64,000 bases of DNA from Candidatus Limnocylindrus sp. Lineage in GTDB: Bacteria; Chloroflexota; Limnocylindria; Limnocylindrales; Limnocylindraceae. Positions 10,699-20,573 of this stretch are shown here, one piece after another. Location: assembly GCA_040397175.1 (NCBI GenBank), contig JBBAWM010000001.1, forward strand, positions 249,976 to 313,975. The letters run 5' to 3'. The notes below the pieces were generated by a model that saw nothing but the letters and a program-made list of their open reading frames with translations, made no database searches and was not told the origin of the DNA. Position 1 is the stretch's first letter, and every line of letters starts with the position of its first letter. The position numbers and the translations under genes were made by a program.

Positions 10699-11631
10699 TT
10701 GAGCACCTCAAAACTCGTCGACATGCGCACGGCGATTGCCGCGCATGTAGACGACGGCGATACAGTGGCAATCGAAGGGTTCACCCACTGCATCTCGTTT
10801 GCCGCAGGGCACGAGATCATTCGGCAGAAGCGACGCAATCTCACGCTGGCGCGCATGACGCCCGATCTTGTGTACGACCAGATGGTTGCTGCAGGCTGCG
10901 CCACGAAGTTGATCTTCAGCTGGCTGGGCAACCCTGGCGTCGGCTCGCTGCACGCCATTCGCCGACGCACCGAACCAGCGGCGCTCGCCCCTGGCGAATC
11001 TCTCCTCGAGATCGAGGAGTACAGCCATCACGGCATGGTCGGCCGCTATGTGGCCGGTGCGCACCGCCTCCCGTTCTATCCACTGCGCAGCTACTCCGAG
11101 AGCGACCTGCCGAAGGTGAATCCACTGATTCGCACCGTGCAGAGCCCGTTCGGTGGCGAAGAGGTCTACGCCGTTCCACCGCTCAACCCTGACGTCACGA
11201 TCATCCATGCACAGCGCGCCGACGCTGAGGGGAACGTGCAGATGTGGGGTCTGCTTGGATGCCAGAAGGAGGCGGCCTTCGCTGCAAAGCGCGTGATCGC
11301 CGTTGTCGAAGAGATCGTACCGACGAGTGTGATTCGCGCCGATCCGAATCGCACCATTATTCCAGGGCTGATCGTGAGCGCCGTCGTCTGTGAGCCGTTC
11401 GGTGCGCACCCGTCGTACGTGCAGGGTTCGTACGATCGCGACAACGCCTTCTACCGTGAGTGGGACACCATCAGCCGTGATGCCGCCGCCACCGAGGCGT
11501 GGCTGCAGGAGTGGGTCTACGGCGTGAAGGACCGCGCCGCCTATGTGGCGAAGTTTGGTGCCGACTATTTCAAGGGGCTCACCCCAACGAGCGCCCCATC
11601 AGGCTCGGTCGACTACGGAGACTACCGATGA
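10699..11631 (+). CDS. CoA-transferase subunit A (glutaconate CoA-transferase/PcaI-like family I)
   Basis: EGFTHCISFAAGHEIIRQ, PDVTIIHAQRAD and GAHPSY. TTG start. Confidence 0.85.
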   Translation: MSTSKLVDMRTAIAAHVDDGDTVAIEGFTHCISFAAGHEIIRQKRRNLTLARMTPDLVYDQMVAAGCATKLIFSWLGNPGVGSLHAIRRRTEPAALAPGESLLEIEEYSHHGMVGRYVAGAHRLPFYPLRSYSESDLPKVNPLIRTVQSPFGGEEVYAVPPLNPDVTIIHAQRADAEGNVQMWGLLGCQKEAAFAAKRVIAVVEEIVPTSVIRADPNRTIIPGLIVSAVVCEPFGAHPSYVQGSYDRDNAFYREWDTISRDAAATEAWLQEWVYGVKDRAAYVAKFGADYFKGLTPTSAPSGSVDYGDYR

Positions 11632-12410
11632 GTGGTCAGCGTCCGGCGAGCAAGAGCGAGCTGATGGTCGTCGCCTCGGCGCACGCCCTCACCGGGAAGC
11701 GCGTCTGCTTTGTCGGGGTGGGCCTTCCGAACATCGCGGTGAATCTCGCGAAGCGCACCGTTGCACCAGAGATGGAGCTCGTCTACGAGGCGGGCGTCTT
11801 CGGCGCAAATCCGGCACGACTCCCGCTCTCCATTGGCGATCCAACGATCGTGACCGGCTCCACCGCCACGGTCTCCATGCACGACCTCTTCGGTCTCTAC
11901 CTGCAGGGGGGGCGCATCGATGTGGGCTTCCTCGGCGGCGCGCAGATCGATCGCTTCGGCAACTTGAACACGACGGTAATCGGTGACTATGCCGCACCAA
12001 AGACGCGACTCCCAGGATCGGGTGGCGCCTGTGAGATCGCGATCAACGCCAAAGAGATCCTGGTGATCATGCGCCAGAGCACGCGCAGCTTTGTGAAGGA
12101 GCTGGACTTCCGCACCTCTCCCGGAAACCTTGGCGGCGCCGTCGCAGCTGCAAAAACTCGTGCGGCACAAGGGTGGGGCGGAAGCGGACCGTCGGGCGTT
12201 ATCACTGATCTTGGCGTCTACGGATTTGATGATGATGGTGAGATGGCGCTGCGCAGCTTGCATCCCGGTGCAACCCTTGATGAGGTGCGCGCGTCAATTG
12301 GTTGGGAGATTCGTATTCCGCAGAACGTTCCCGCCACGCCAACGCCGACCGATGAAGAGCTGCGCCTGATTCGTGAAGAGCTCGATCCAACCGGAGCCTA
12401 CGTTTCGTGA
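11628..12410 (+). CDS. CoA-transferase subunit B
   Basis: FVGVGLP, LVYEAG (catalytic Glu), GFLGGAQIDRFGNLN and RLPGSGG. ATG 11628 overlaps the subunit A stop (ATGA). Confidence 0.86.
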   Translation: MSGQRPASKSELMVVASAHALTGKRVCFVGVGLPNIAVNLAKRTVAPEMELVYEAGVFGANPARLPLSIGDPTIVTGSTATVSMHDLFGLYLQGGRIDVGFLGGAQIDRFGNLNTTVIGDYAAPKTRLPGSGGACEIAINAKEILVIMRQSTRSFVKELDFRTSPGNLGGAVAAAKTRAAQGWGGSGPSGVITDLGVYGFDDDGEMALRSLHPGATLDEVRASIGWEIRIPQNVPATPTPTDEELRLIREELDPTGAYVS

Positions 12411-13741
12411 GTAGCGGCAAGATCTTCAGCCGCGGTGGCGCCGCACTCCCGATCGCTGTATCTGGCGACGGCGCATACATCACCGACCAGTGCGGTCGGC
12501 GCTATCTCGATGCCGCAGGCGGCGCCATCGTCGTGGGGATTGGTCACGGCCGACGTGCCGTTGCTGATGCCGCAGCCGCGCAGATGGCCAAGATCGCCTA
12601 CGCCCACGGGAGCGCCTTCACCGCTGAGGCGCTCGACGCCTGGGCGAGTGAGGTTGGCCCACTACTCCCAATGAAGGACCCGTCGCTCTATCCAGTCTCT
12701 GGTGGTTCCGAGGCTGCGGAGACAGCACTCAAGATGGTGCGCGCCTACTGGCTCGCGCAGGGCGAGCCGGATCGAACCGTGGTGGTGAGCCGCTGGGGGA
12801 GCTATCACGGCAACACGCTCGGTGCCCTCGACCTCTCTGGCCGTACCGGTTTGCGCCGCCCATACGAGCCATGGCTCGGGCGCTTTGAACATGTCTCGGC
12901 CGCCTACTCGTATCGAGCGGGAGAGGTCGGTGCAAACGCGATCGCCAGCGGCGCCGAAGCGGTCGCCGAACTAGATACCCTGCTGACCCGCGTTGGTCCA
13001 GGGCGCATCGCCGCCTTTGTTGCCGAACCAATTGCGGGCGCAACGCTCGCCGGCGCCGTCCCGCCCGACGATTACTGGCCGGCGGTCAGCAGTTGGTGCG
13101 CGCGCAACAAGGTGCTCCTCGTGGCCGATGAGGTGATGACCGGATTCGGGCGAACGGGAACCTGGTTCGGTGTAAACCATTGGAAGGTGCAGCCAGACCT
13201 GCTGCTCGCCGCGAAAGGTGTGACGAGCGGCTACTGGCCGTTTGGCTTCGTGGCCGCGGCGAGCCACGTAGCTGAGCCGATCTTGGCAGGCGGATTCGTA
13301 CATGGCTTTACCTATAGCCACTCGATACCCGGCGCCGCCGTCGCACGCTCCGTGCTGAAGATCCTGCGCGATGAGAACCTGGTTGAGGCGGCCGCCACCA
13401 AAGGCGAACAGCTGCGTGCGGCACTCCAGACAGAGTTGGCCAGCGACCCGTGGGTCGGCGAGATTCGCGGCCGCGGTCTCCTCCTCGGGATCGAACTCGT
13501 TGTCGACCGCGTGAGTACGGCGCCGCATGCGCGTGCGAAGCGTGTCACGGAGCGCGTGTTGGCGCAGGCCAAGAACTCCAGCGATGTTGGCCTACTTCTC
13601 TATAGCGCGACCGGCCAAGCGAACGGCACAGACGGCGATCAGATCGTGCTCGGGCCACCGTTCGTGATTGGCGACGAGGAGATTGCGCGCATTGCCCGCG
13701 GGACCGCCGCAGCGATCCGCGCGGTGCGCGACGAGGCTTAG
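12407..13741 (+). CDS. Class-III PLP aminotransferase
   Basis: YLDAAGG, SGGSEAAE, SYHGNTLG, ADEVMTGFGRTG and AAKG. GTGA overlap with the upstream gene. Confidence 0.87.
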   Translation: MSSGKIFSRGGAALPIAVSGDGAYITDQCGRRYLDAAGGAIVVGIGHGRRAVADAAAAQMAKIAYAHGSAFTAEALDAWASEVGPLLPMKDPSLYPVSGGSEAAETALKMVRAYWLAQGEPDRTVVVSRWGSYHGNTLGALDLSGRTGLRRPYEPWLGRFEHVSAAYSYRAGEVGANAIASGAEAVAELDTLLTRVGPGRIAAFVAEPIAGATLAGAVPPDDYWPAVSSWCARNKVLLVADEVMTGFGRTGTWFGVNHWKVQPDLLLAAKGVTSGYWPFGFVAAASHVAEPILAGGFVHGFTYSHSIPGAAVARSVLKILRDENLVEAAATKGEQLRAALQTELASDPWVGEIRGRGLLLGIELVVDRVSTAPHARAKRVTERVLAQAKNSSDVGLLLYSATGQANGTDGDQIVLGPPFVIGDEEIARIARGTAAAIRAVRDEA

Positions 13742-14172
13742 GCGTTAATCGCGAGAGTGATCTCGACGTTCCCCGCCAGCGCTGCCGAAATTGGGCAGCC
13801 GCCCTTCGCCCCTTCGGCAAGCTCTGTAAACTTCGCAGCATCAAGACCCGGAACATCACCCTTCAAGGTGAGTGCCGACTTCGTGACGCGCCAGCCTGCT
13901 TCGACCTTCTCAAAGGTCACGGTCGCTGAAACGTCGAGCTTCGTGGCTGGAGTGTTATTGCGAGCCAAGCCGCCGGAGAGCGCCATCGCAAAACAGGAGG
14001 CGTGGGCTGCAGCGAGCAACTCTTCGGGAGAGGTTGACCCGTCATGCGCCTCGGAGCGTCGCGGCCAACTGACGGGCAGCGTGCCGATTGCACCGCTCTC
14101 AAACGAGGTGATGGCCCCGGAGCCCTCAAGGAGTGAGCCGTTCCAGGTGGCGGTCGCCGTTCGCGTGGTCAT
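13738..14172 (-). CDS. osmC: OsmC-family peroxiredoxin
   Basis: SPEELLAAAHASCF and GCPISAAL supply the two catalytic Cys. Confidence 0.9.
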   Translation of the reverse strand: MTTRTATATWNGSLLEGSGAITSFESGAIGTLPVSWPRRSEAHDGSTSPEELLAAAHASCFAMALSGGLARNNTPATKLDVSATVTFEKVEAGWRVTKSALTLKGDVPGLDAAKFTELAEGAKGGCPISAALAGNVEITLAINA

Positions 14173-14284
14173 GATTAACCCCCCTTAATACGTTTTTAGC
14201 CCCGCAGCATCCTCGGCGGGATTCCGCGATACTACGCCTGTTGGGCACTGCTGCCCACTCCAATCGGTGAATAGAGGGGGTTCC

Positions 14285-17200
14285 ATGTTTTTCCTGACCA
14301 AGCTCGCGGTCGCTCGACGCAGCGTGACCATTCTCATTGCACTCGCCGTCTTCGGTGGGGGCGTGGCGAGCTGGGGGAGCCTGAAGCAGGAGCTTCTTCC
14401 AAACATCGACTTCCCGATCGTGACGATCATCGCCCCGTATCCAGGGGCTGGAACCGCCGATGTGGCCGACCAGGTGGCTGCGCCGATTGAGGCCGCTGTT
14501 GCTTCAGTCGCAGGGGTCGAATCGCTCCGCTCCGTCTCAACGACCGGGCTCGGCTTCGTCTCTGCCCAGTTTGCCTACGGGAGTGACGTCAAGGAGATCG
14601 TGCGCCAGATCGAGACTGCCATCGCCGGGTCCCGCCTCCCCGCCGGCGTGACACCAGTGGTTCGAAACTTCAACATCAACTCTTCTGCAGTGGTGATTGC
14701 CACCCTGACCCCAAAGGGCGGCACGACGTTGACGGAACTGGCAGGGCTTGCGCAGAGCGAGCTGATGCCAAGCCTCCGCGGCATTACTGGTGTCTCCGCG
14801 GCCGACCTATCGGGTGGTAGCGAAACCCAGGCCTACATTCAGCTTGATGCCACCAAACTCGCCGCGACCGGCATCAGCATGTCCCAGGTACAGGGTCTGA
14901 TTCAGGCGAACAACCTGACCTACCCCGGTGGCCAGCTCCCGGTCGGCAGCACCCTCGTGCCCGTGTCGGCCACTGGCCGCCTCACCTCCGTTGCAGACCT
15001 TGAGAACCTCATCGTTGGCGGCGGAGTTACGCCAACCGGTCAACCGTACGCAGTCTTCCTGAAGGATGTTGCGACCGTCTCACTCGCCGAGGTCCACACC
15101 ACTGGTTGGTCTGAGACGAATGGCACCCCGGGCCTGACCATCAGTGTCAGCAAGTCAGCCGATGCCAATACGGTGACGACCGCCCAAGATTCAATTGCCG
15201 CTATCGAGAAGTTTGCCGAGGCGCACTCGGCCCAGGTGAAGCACTCGGTCGTTACTGACGCATCGATCTTCATCCTCGATTCAATCGACTCACTCTTGAA
15301 GGAGGGTGGTCTCGGTGCCGCCTTTGCCGTCATTGTCATCTTCGTCTTCCTGCTCAATCTCCGATCGACCATCGTTGCCGCGGTGAGCATTCCGCTGAGC
15401 GTCTTGGCGGCGATCATCCTCATGTCAACGACTGGCATCACGATCAACATCATGACCCTCGGTGGTCTCGCCGTTGCGGTCGGCCGCGTCGTCGACGACT
15501 CCATCGTGGTCCTGGAGAACATCTACCGACATCGCAGCCAAGGGGAGCCGATCGGCGAAGCGGTGCTCAACGGCACGCGTGAGGTTGCCTCGGCGATCAC
15601 CAGCTCGACCATCACGACGATCGCGGTCTTCCTGCCGCTCGGAGTCGTGGGCGGCCTGATCAGCCAGTTCTTCCTCCCGTTCGCGCTTACCGTCACCTAC
15701 GCACTCCTTGCCTCGCTGGTCGTGGCACTCACCGTTATCCCGGTGCTCGCCTACTTCTTGGTCAAGGTGAAGGGTGATAAGGCAACGATTCCGTATGCGG
15801 TCGATACCGATCGCGAAGAGGTCTCTATCTGGGGACGGATCTATCTGCCAATCCTTGGCCTGGCCCTGCGACGCCGCGCCACGAAGCTCGTGACCCTGTT
15901 GATCGCATTCAGCCTCTTCCTTGGGGCGATCTCACTCGCGAGTGCAATCCCAACGCAGTTCCTCAATAGCGGGAGCGACAAGGTGTTGACCATCACAGTG
16001 AATCCACCGCTTGGTACCTCGACGGAGCGCGTGCTGACGCGTAGCCACACCGCCTACGAGATCTTGGCCAAGGATGCTTCGGTGCAGCTGGTTACCACCT
16101 CAATCCCAAGCGCCGATGCGACCGGCACGCAAACGCTCGTTGCCGCCACGACCGGCCGAGCACCAAATGCCGCACGAATGACCGTGCGACTTACCGCCGA
16201 CACCAGCCTCGCAGAGGCGAAGACTCGCCTAGCCAATGAGTTGGCTGATATCGGGACAGCAGGCTGGACCGTGACCGTTGAAGAGGTCGGCTTCGCTGCC
16301 GGCTCGAATGCGATCTCGGTAATCATTACCGGCGATCGCGCCGCCGATGTCGCGGCGGCCTCTGATCTCCTCGTCGCAAAGCTCGCCGCAAACGGCGACC
16401 TGGCAAACGTCAAGAGTGATCTTGTGAAGGCGGGTCGCCAGATCGAGGTCACGGTGAACCCGTCGAAGGCGGCCATGGCCGGACTCTCGGCAGCGCAAGT
16501 TGCCGGCGAGGTGCGAAACCTGCTCGTTGGCTCGCAGCTTGGACAGATCACGATTGATGGCGCAAAGGTAAATCTCTCCATCAAGATCGACAGCAGCTCT
16601 GTAACCGACATCGCTCAACTTGGTGCATACATGGTTGGCGGCACGAAGAAGGTGCCGCTCAGCAGCATCGCAACCATTGAAGAGCTCTCCGTTCCATCAA
16701 GCATTACGCGCATCGACCAGTCGCTCGCCGCGAACGTAACTGGCGAGATCGCCGTGGCCGACACCGGTGCGGTGAATACCGCCGTTAAGTCGGCGGTCAC
16801 CGATCTGCAAGACGCTGGGAAGCTCAGCAAGGTCAGCGTGCGCCTCGCCGGCGTCACCGAGCAACAGAATCAATCGTTCAGCGGCCTCTTCACCGCGATG
16901 GCCGTCGCAATCCTGCTCGTCTACCTCACGATGGTGTTGGTCTTCAACTCCCTCGTAGATCCGCTCGTGATCATGTTCAGCCTGCCACTCGCCGTGGTCG
17001 GTGCATTCCCAGCACTCCTGATCACAAATCGTCCGATTGGCATCTCGGCGCTCATCGGCTTCCTCATGTTGATCGGTATCGTGGTGACGAATGCCATCGT
17101 GTTGCTCGATCGTGTCGAGCAGCTCCGCCACGAAGGGGTGCCAACGAATGATGCGTTGATGCGTGCTGGCGCTACGCGTGTCCGTCCAATCCTGATGACC

Positions 17201-17404
17201 GCGGTCGCAACGATCTTGGCGCTCCTTCCGCTCGCGGCGGGACCGAGCGAGGGCTCGATCATCGCTGCCGAGCTCGGCACGGTGGTCATTGGGGGACTCC
17301 TCTCGTCGACTCTCCTCACCCTGCTCGTCGTACCAGTGGTCTACAGCCTGGTCGACGGACTCAAGGTGAGCCTTTCACGTGGCGAGCGCGCCAAGGCGGC
17401 CTGA
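14285..17404 (+). CDS. RND efflux permease (AcrB/SwrC-like)
   Basis: About 1040 aa with GRVVDDSIVVLENI, GIVVTNAIVLLD and RVRPILMT. Start MFFLTK at 14285. Confidence 0.92.
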   Translation: MFFLTKLAVARRSVTILIALAVFGGGVASWGSLKQELLPNIDFPIVTIIAPYPGAGTADVADQVAAPIEAAVASVAGVESLRSVSTTGLGFVSAQFAYGSDVKEIVRQIETAIAGSRLPAGVTPVVRNFNINSSAVVIATLTPKGGTTLTELAGLAQSELMPSLRGITGVSAADLSGGSETQAYIQLDATKLAATGISMSQVQGLIQANNLTYPGGQLPVGSTLVPVSATGRLTSVADLENLIVGGGVTPTGQPYAVFLKDVATVSLAEVHTTGWSETNGTPGLTISVSKSADANTVTTAQDSIAAIEKFAEAHSAQVKHSVVTDASIFILDSIDSLLKEGGLGAAFAVIVIFVFLLNLRSTIVAAVSIPLSVLAAIILMSTTGITINIMTLGGLAVAVGRVVDDSIVVLENIYRHRSQGEPIGEAVLNGTREVASAITSSTITTIAVFLPLGVVGGLISQFFLPFALTVTYALLASLVVALTVIPVLAYFLVKVKGDKATIPYAVDTDREEVSIWGRIYLPILGLALRRRATKLVTLLIAFSLFLGAISLASAIPTQFLNSGSDKVLTITVNPPLGTSTERVLTRSHTAYEILAKDASVQLVTTSIPSADATGTQTLVAATTGRAPNAARMTVRLTADTSLAEAKTRLANELADIGTAGWTVTVEEVGFAAGSNAISVIITGDRAADVAAASDLLVAKLAANGDLANVKSDLVKAGRQIEVTVNPSKAAMAGLSAAQVAGEVRNLLVGSQLGQITIDGAKVNLSIKIDSSSVTDIAQLGAYMVGGTKKVPLSSIATIEELSVPSSITRIDQSLAANVTGEIAVADTGAVNTAVKSAVTDLQDAGKLSKVSVRLAGVTEQQNQSFSGLFTAMAVAILLVYLTMVLVFNSLVDPLVIMFSLPLAVVGAFPALLITNRPIGISALIGFLMLIGIVVTNAIVLLDRVEQLRHEGVPTNDALMRAGATRVRPILMTAVATILALLPLAAGPSEGSIIAAELGTVVIGGLLSSTLLTLLVVPVVYSLVDGLKVSLSRGERAKAA

Positions 17405-17478
17405 TCGGGGTGCTGGGCCAATCCTGATACGATCAGTCGGGATTACCCCGCACGGCGCAGTAGGGAAGAGGAGGCTCC

Positions 17479-18882
17479 ATGACAGTCGCTAAGGAGACGG
17501 TCCGCGACGAGCGGGAGCAGTACGCCTTCCACGACGACATCGCCTACCTGCGCGAGACGAAGGCCGGCCTGACCGAGGCCACGGTTCGCGAGATCTCCGA
17601 GACGAAGGACGAACCGGCCTGGATGCTGGAGTACCGCCTTCGCGCCTTCAAGCACTTTGAGGCGCGTGCAATGCCGATGTGGGGTGGTGACCTCACCAAG
17701 CTCGATTTTTCGAAGATCGTCTACTACCGCAAACCATCCGAGCGCGAAGAGAAGTCATGGGACGACGTCCCTGATCAGATCAAGAAGACCTTCGAGCGAC
17801 TCGGCATTCCAGAGGCGGAGCGCAAGTTCCTCTCGGGTGTTGGAGCGCAGTACGACTCCGAAGTCGTCTATCACTCCGTCCGCGAAGACCTGCAGAAGCT
17901 GGGCGTCGTCTTCATGGGCACCGACCAGGGAATGAAGGAGTACCCCGAGATCTTCAAGAAGTACTTCGGCACCGTTGTGCCAGCAGAAGACAACAAGTTT
18001 GCCGCCCTCAACTCGGCTGTCTGGTCGGGTGGTTCGTTCGTCTATGTGCCAAAGGGCGTCGAGGTGCCACTTCCGCTGCAGGCTTACTTCCGTATCAATG
18101 GGCAGAACACCGGACAGTTCGAGCGCACCCTGATCGTCGTCGATGAGGGCGCCAGCCTGCACTACATCGAAGGCTGCACGGCGCCAAACTGGGCAACCGA
18201 CTCATTGCACGTCGCCGTTGTTGAGGTGATTGCACTGCCCGGCGCCAAGGTGCGCTACACCACGATCCAGAACTGGTCGAACGACGTCTACAACCTGGTG
18301 ACGAAGCGCGCCCACGCGCACGCCGGTGCCACCGTTGAGTGGATCGACGCCAACACGGGTGCGCAGCTCACCATGAAGTACCCAGGCATCTACCTGCTCG
18401 GCGAGAAGGCACACGCCGAAATCGTTTCCGTTGCTGTGGCCTCAAAGGGGCAGCATCAGGACACGGGCGCGAAGGCGGTGCACCTTGCACCGAACACCAC
18501 CAGCCGCATCGTTGGCAAGTCCGTCTGCAAGGATGGCGGCGCCGCAACCTACCGTGGCACCGTTCGCGTGGCACCTGGCGCAACCGGAGTTACCACCAGC
18601 GTGCGCTGCGATGCGCTGATCCTCGATGAGGGGAGCCGCTCCGAAACCTACCCGTACATCGACATCCAAGAGGACGACACCTCGATGAGCCACGAGGCGA
18701 CCGTCGGCCGCGTCTCCGACGATCAAATCTTCTATCTGATGAGCCGCGGCATGACGGAGAATGAGGCAACGAACCTGATCGTGCAGGGCTTCCTTGAAGT
18801 CTTCACCAAGGAGCTGCCGATGGAGTACGCCCTTGAGTTCAATCGCTTGATTCGACTCGAGATGGAGGGGGCCCTCGGGTGA
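17479..18882 (+). CDS. sufB: Fe-S cluster assembly protein SufB
   Basis: GAQYDSEVVY, GQFERTLI, YIEGCTAP, YTTIQNWS and HEATVG. Confidence 0.96.
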   Translation: MTVAKETVRDEREQYAFHDDIAYLRETKAGLTEATVREISETKDEPAWMLEYRLRAFKHFEARAMPMWGGDLTKLDFSKIVYYRKPSEREEKSWDDVPDQIKKTFERLGIPEAERKFLSGVGAQYDSEVVYHSVREDLQKLGVVFMGTDQGMKEYPEIFKKYFGTVVPAEDNKFAALNSAVWSGGSFVYVPKGVEVPLPLQAYFRINGQNTGQFERTLIVVDEGASLHYIEGCTAPNWATDSLHVAVVEVIALPGAKVRYTTIQNWSNDVYNLVTKRAHAHAGATVEWIDANTGAQLTMKYPGIYLLGEKAHAEIVSVAVASKGQHQDTGAKAVHLAPNTTSRIVGKSVCKDGGAATYRGTVRVAPGATGVTTSVRCDALILDEGSRSETYPYIDIQEDDTSMSHEATVGRVSDDQIFYLMSRGMTENEATNLIVQGFLEVFTKELPMEYALEFNRLIRLEMEGALG

Positions 18883-20180
18883 CCCGGCGCGCTCTCGCTG
18901 ACCTCCCCCTTGAATGGGCGACGACTGACACGATCACCACGCTCAGCCCCGGAGGCGCAGGCTTATCTGAGCGCACGAAGGCACTCGCCGCGTTTCACGC
19001 GCTGCCAACGGAGTCGAACCTACTCTTCACCGGATACGTTGACCTGCGTGCGGCTGAAGTAGAGCGCGCCGCGCCAGCCCAGCTCCCACAGGAGGTGCGG
19101 GCACTTGATGCCTCTGCGCTGCCGACCGGCGCGGCGGCAATCGTTGAAATCTCGAGTGCAGGTGCAGGCGCCTTTCTTGGAGCGGAGGCGGTTGCGGCTG
19201 GCCTGCGTATCACAGCCCTAAGCCCCGATGCGCCACTTGCCGGTGCCGCAGAGGATCGCACCGCTGCGCTGATCGCTGCTCTCTGGAACATCGGCGTTTC
19301 TATCTCGCTCGGTGCCGGTCGCATCAGCGCGCCGATTGTGATTCGTGTGAACGCCCCAGAGGCGGGCTCGTCACTCCTTGCGCGCATCGCCGTAGAGCTC
19401 GGTGAGGGAGCCCACGTTTCAATCGTGGAGGAGATCGGCGGGAGCGCCGCGGCGGCAGGCGTCGCGACCTCGCTGCTCGCGACGAGTAGTGAGGTCACTT
19501 TCGGTGCCCGCGCAACACTCTCGCTCTCATCCATCCAGGACCTTCCTGAGAATCGCGCCTATGTGACGGTACGTCGCCATACCTTTGGTGAGGGGGCGCA
19601 ACTAGAACTCGCCGTGGCCCAGGTTGGTGCGCGGCTCGTGCGCGGGCGCATCGATCACCTCCTTGAGGGTGATGGCTCTGGCGTGCGCCAGGTTGAGGTG
19701 GTGTTTGGGGCTGGCGATCAGATTCACGACCTTACGACCTATAGCCTCCACTCCGGGCAGAAGACGGTCGGCGACCTGCTGGCCAAGGGCGTGTTCGCGG
19801 GGAACGCGCGCGGCTATATCAAGGGGGTCACAACGATTCCGCGCAGCGGGCGTGGCACCAACTCCTATCTCGGTGAGTTCGGCATGCTCCTCTCGAAGAC
19901 GGCGCGGAGCGTGGCGATCCCCTCGCTCTGGATCGACCAACCCGACTGCGAGCGCGCGGCGCACGGCAGCTCGGTGGGCCCAATCGATCCGGCACAGATC
20001 TTCTATTTGCGTTCGCGCGGGCTGACCGACGCCGAAGCGCGCCGCACTATCGTGATGGGATTCTTGGAGCCAGTAGTTGCCGCACTCCCACTCGACGCGG
20101 AGGCGGAGCGTCTGCGCGAGGTGCTTGCGGCGAAGCTCGATAGCGCGCTGGCGAAGCAGCCTGCGACACTCGCCTCGTAG
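18879..20180 (+). CDS. sufD: Fe-S cluster assembly protein SufD
   Basis: C-terminal IPSLWID, AAHGSSVG, QIFYLRSRGL and IVMGF; overlaps the sufB stop. Confidence 0.85.
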   Translation: MTRRALADLPLEWATTDTITTLSPGGAGLSERTKALAAFHALPTESNLLFTGYVDLRAAEVERAAPAQLPQEVRALDASALPTGAAAIVEISSAGAGAFLGAEAVAAGLRITALSPDAPLAGAAEDRTAALIAALWNIGVSISLGAGRISAPIVIRVNAPEAGSSLLARIAVELGEGAHVSIVEEIGGSAAAAGVATSLLATSSEVTFGARATLSLSSIQDLPENRAYVTVRRHTFGEGAQLELAVAQVGARLVRGRIDHLLEGDGSGVRQVEVVFGAGDQIHDLTTYSLHSGQKTVGDLLAKGVFAGNARGYIKGVTTIPRSGRGTNSYLGEFGMLLSKTARSVAIPSLWIDQPDCERAAHGSSVGPIDPAQIFYLRSRGLTDAEARRTIVMGFLEPVVAALPLDAEAERLREVLAAKLDSALAKQPATLAS

Positions 20181-20189
20181 CTGGCGCGA

Positions 20190-20513
20190 ATGCCCGTTGA
20201 GCGCCTCTTCCCCTCAGCGGAACTTCCCGACGGCACGATGCGCCTCGCGTGGCCAGGGGGCGCCGCCATCCTGGTGGTGAATCGCGGCGGCAAGCTGTTG
20301 GCCGTCGATGGCGTCTGCACCCACGAGTATTGCGAGCTGGATCGCGGTTTCCTCTCGCCCGCCACCGTTGACCGGCCTACCGTGACCTGCCCGCTCCACC
20401 TCTCGCGATTCGACTTGGAGAGCGGAGAGCCGCTCGATCCACCGGCCGAGATTCCCCTCGGAGTACATGTCGTGAGCGTCGACGATCAGGGGTGGGTAGT
20501 TCTTCAGACCTAG
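20190..20513 (+). CDS. Rieske [2Fe-2S] ferredoxin
   Basis: CTH...CPLH ligand motifs, FDLESG; suf context. Confidence 0.88.
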   Translation: MPVERLFPSAELPDGTMRLAWPGGAAILVVNRGGKLLAVDGVCTHEYCELDRGFLSPATVDRPTVTCPLHLSRFDLESGEPLDPPAEIPLGVHVVSVDDQGWVVLQT

Positions 20514-20573
20514 GCCCACGCAGCGCGCTACGATGGGGTGGACGCGCACTGTATGCGCAAGAGGGGAGCCCCA

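Noticed and set aside
14173-14284. ncRNA in the osmC/RND divergent gap
   Set aside because: I recognise no family motif, and the length fits two promoters plus two SD sequences.
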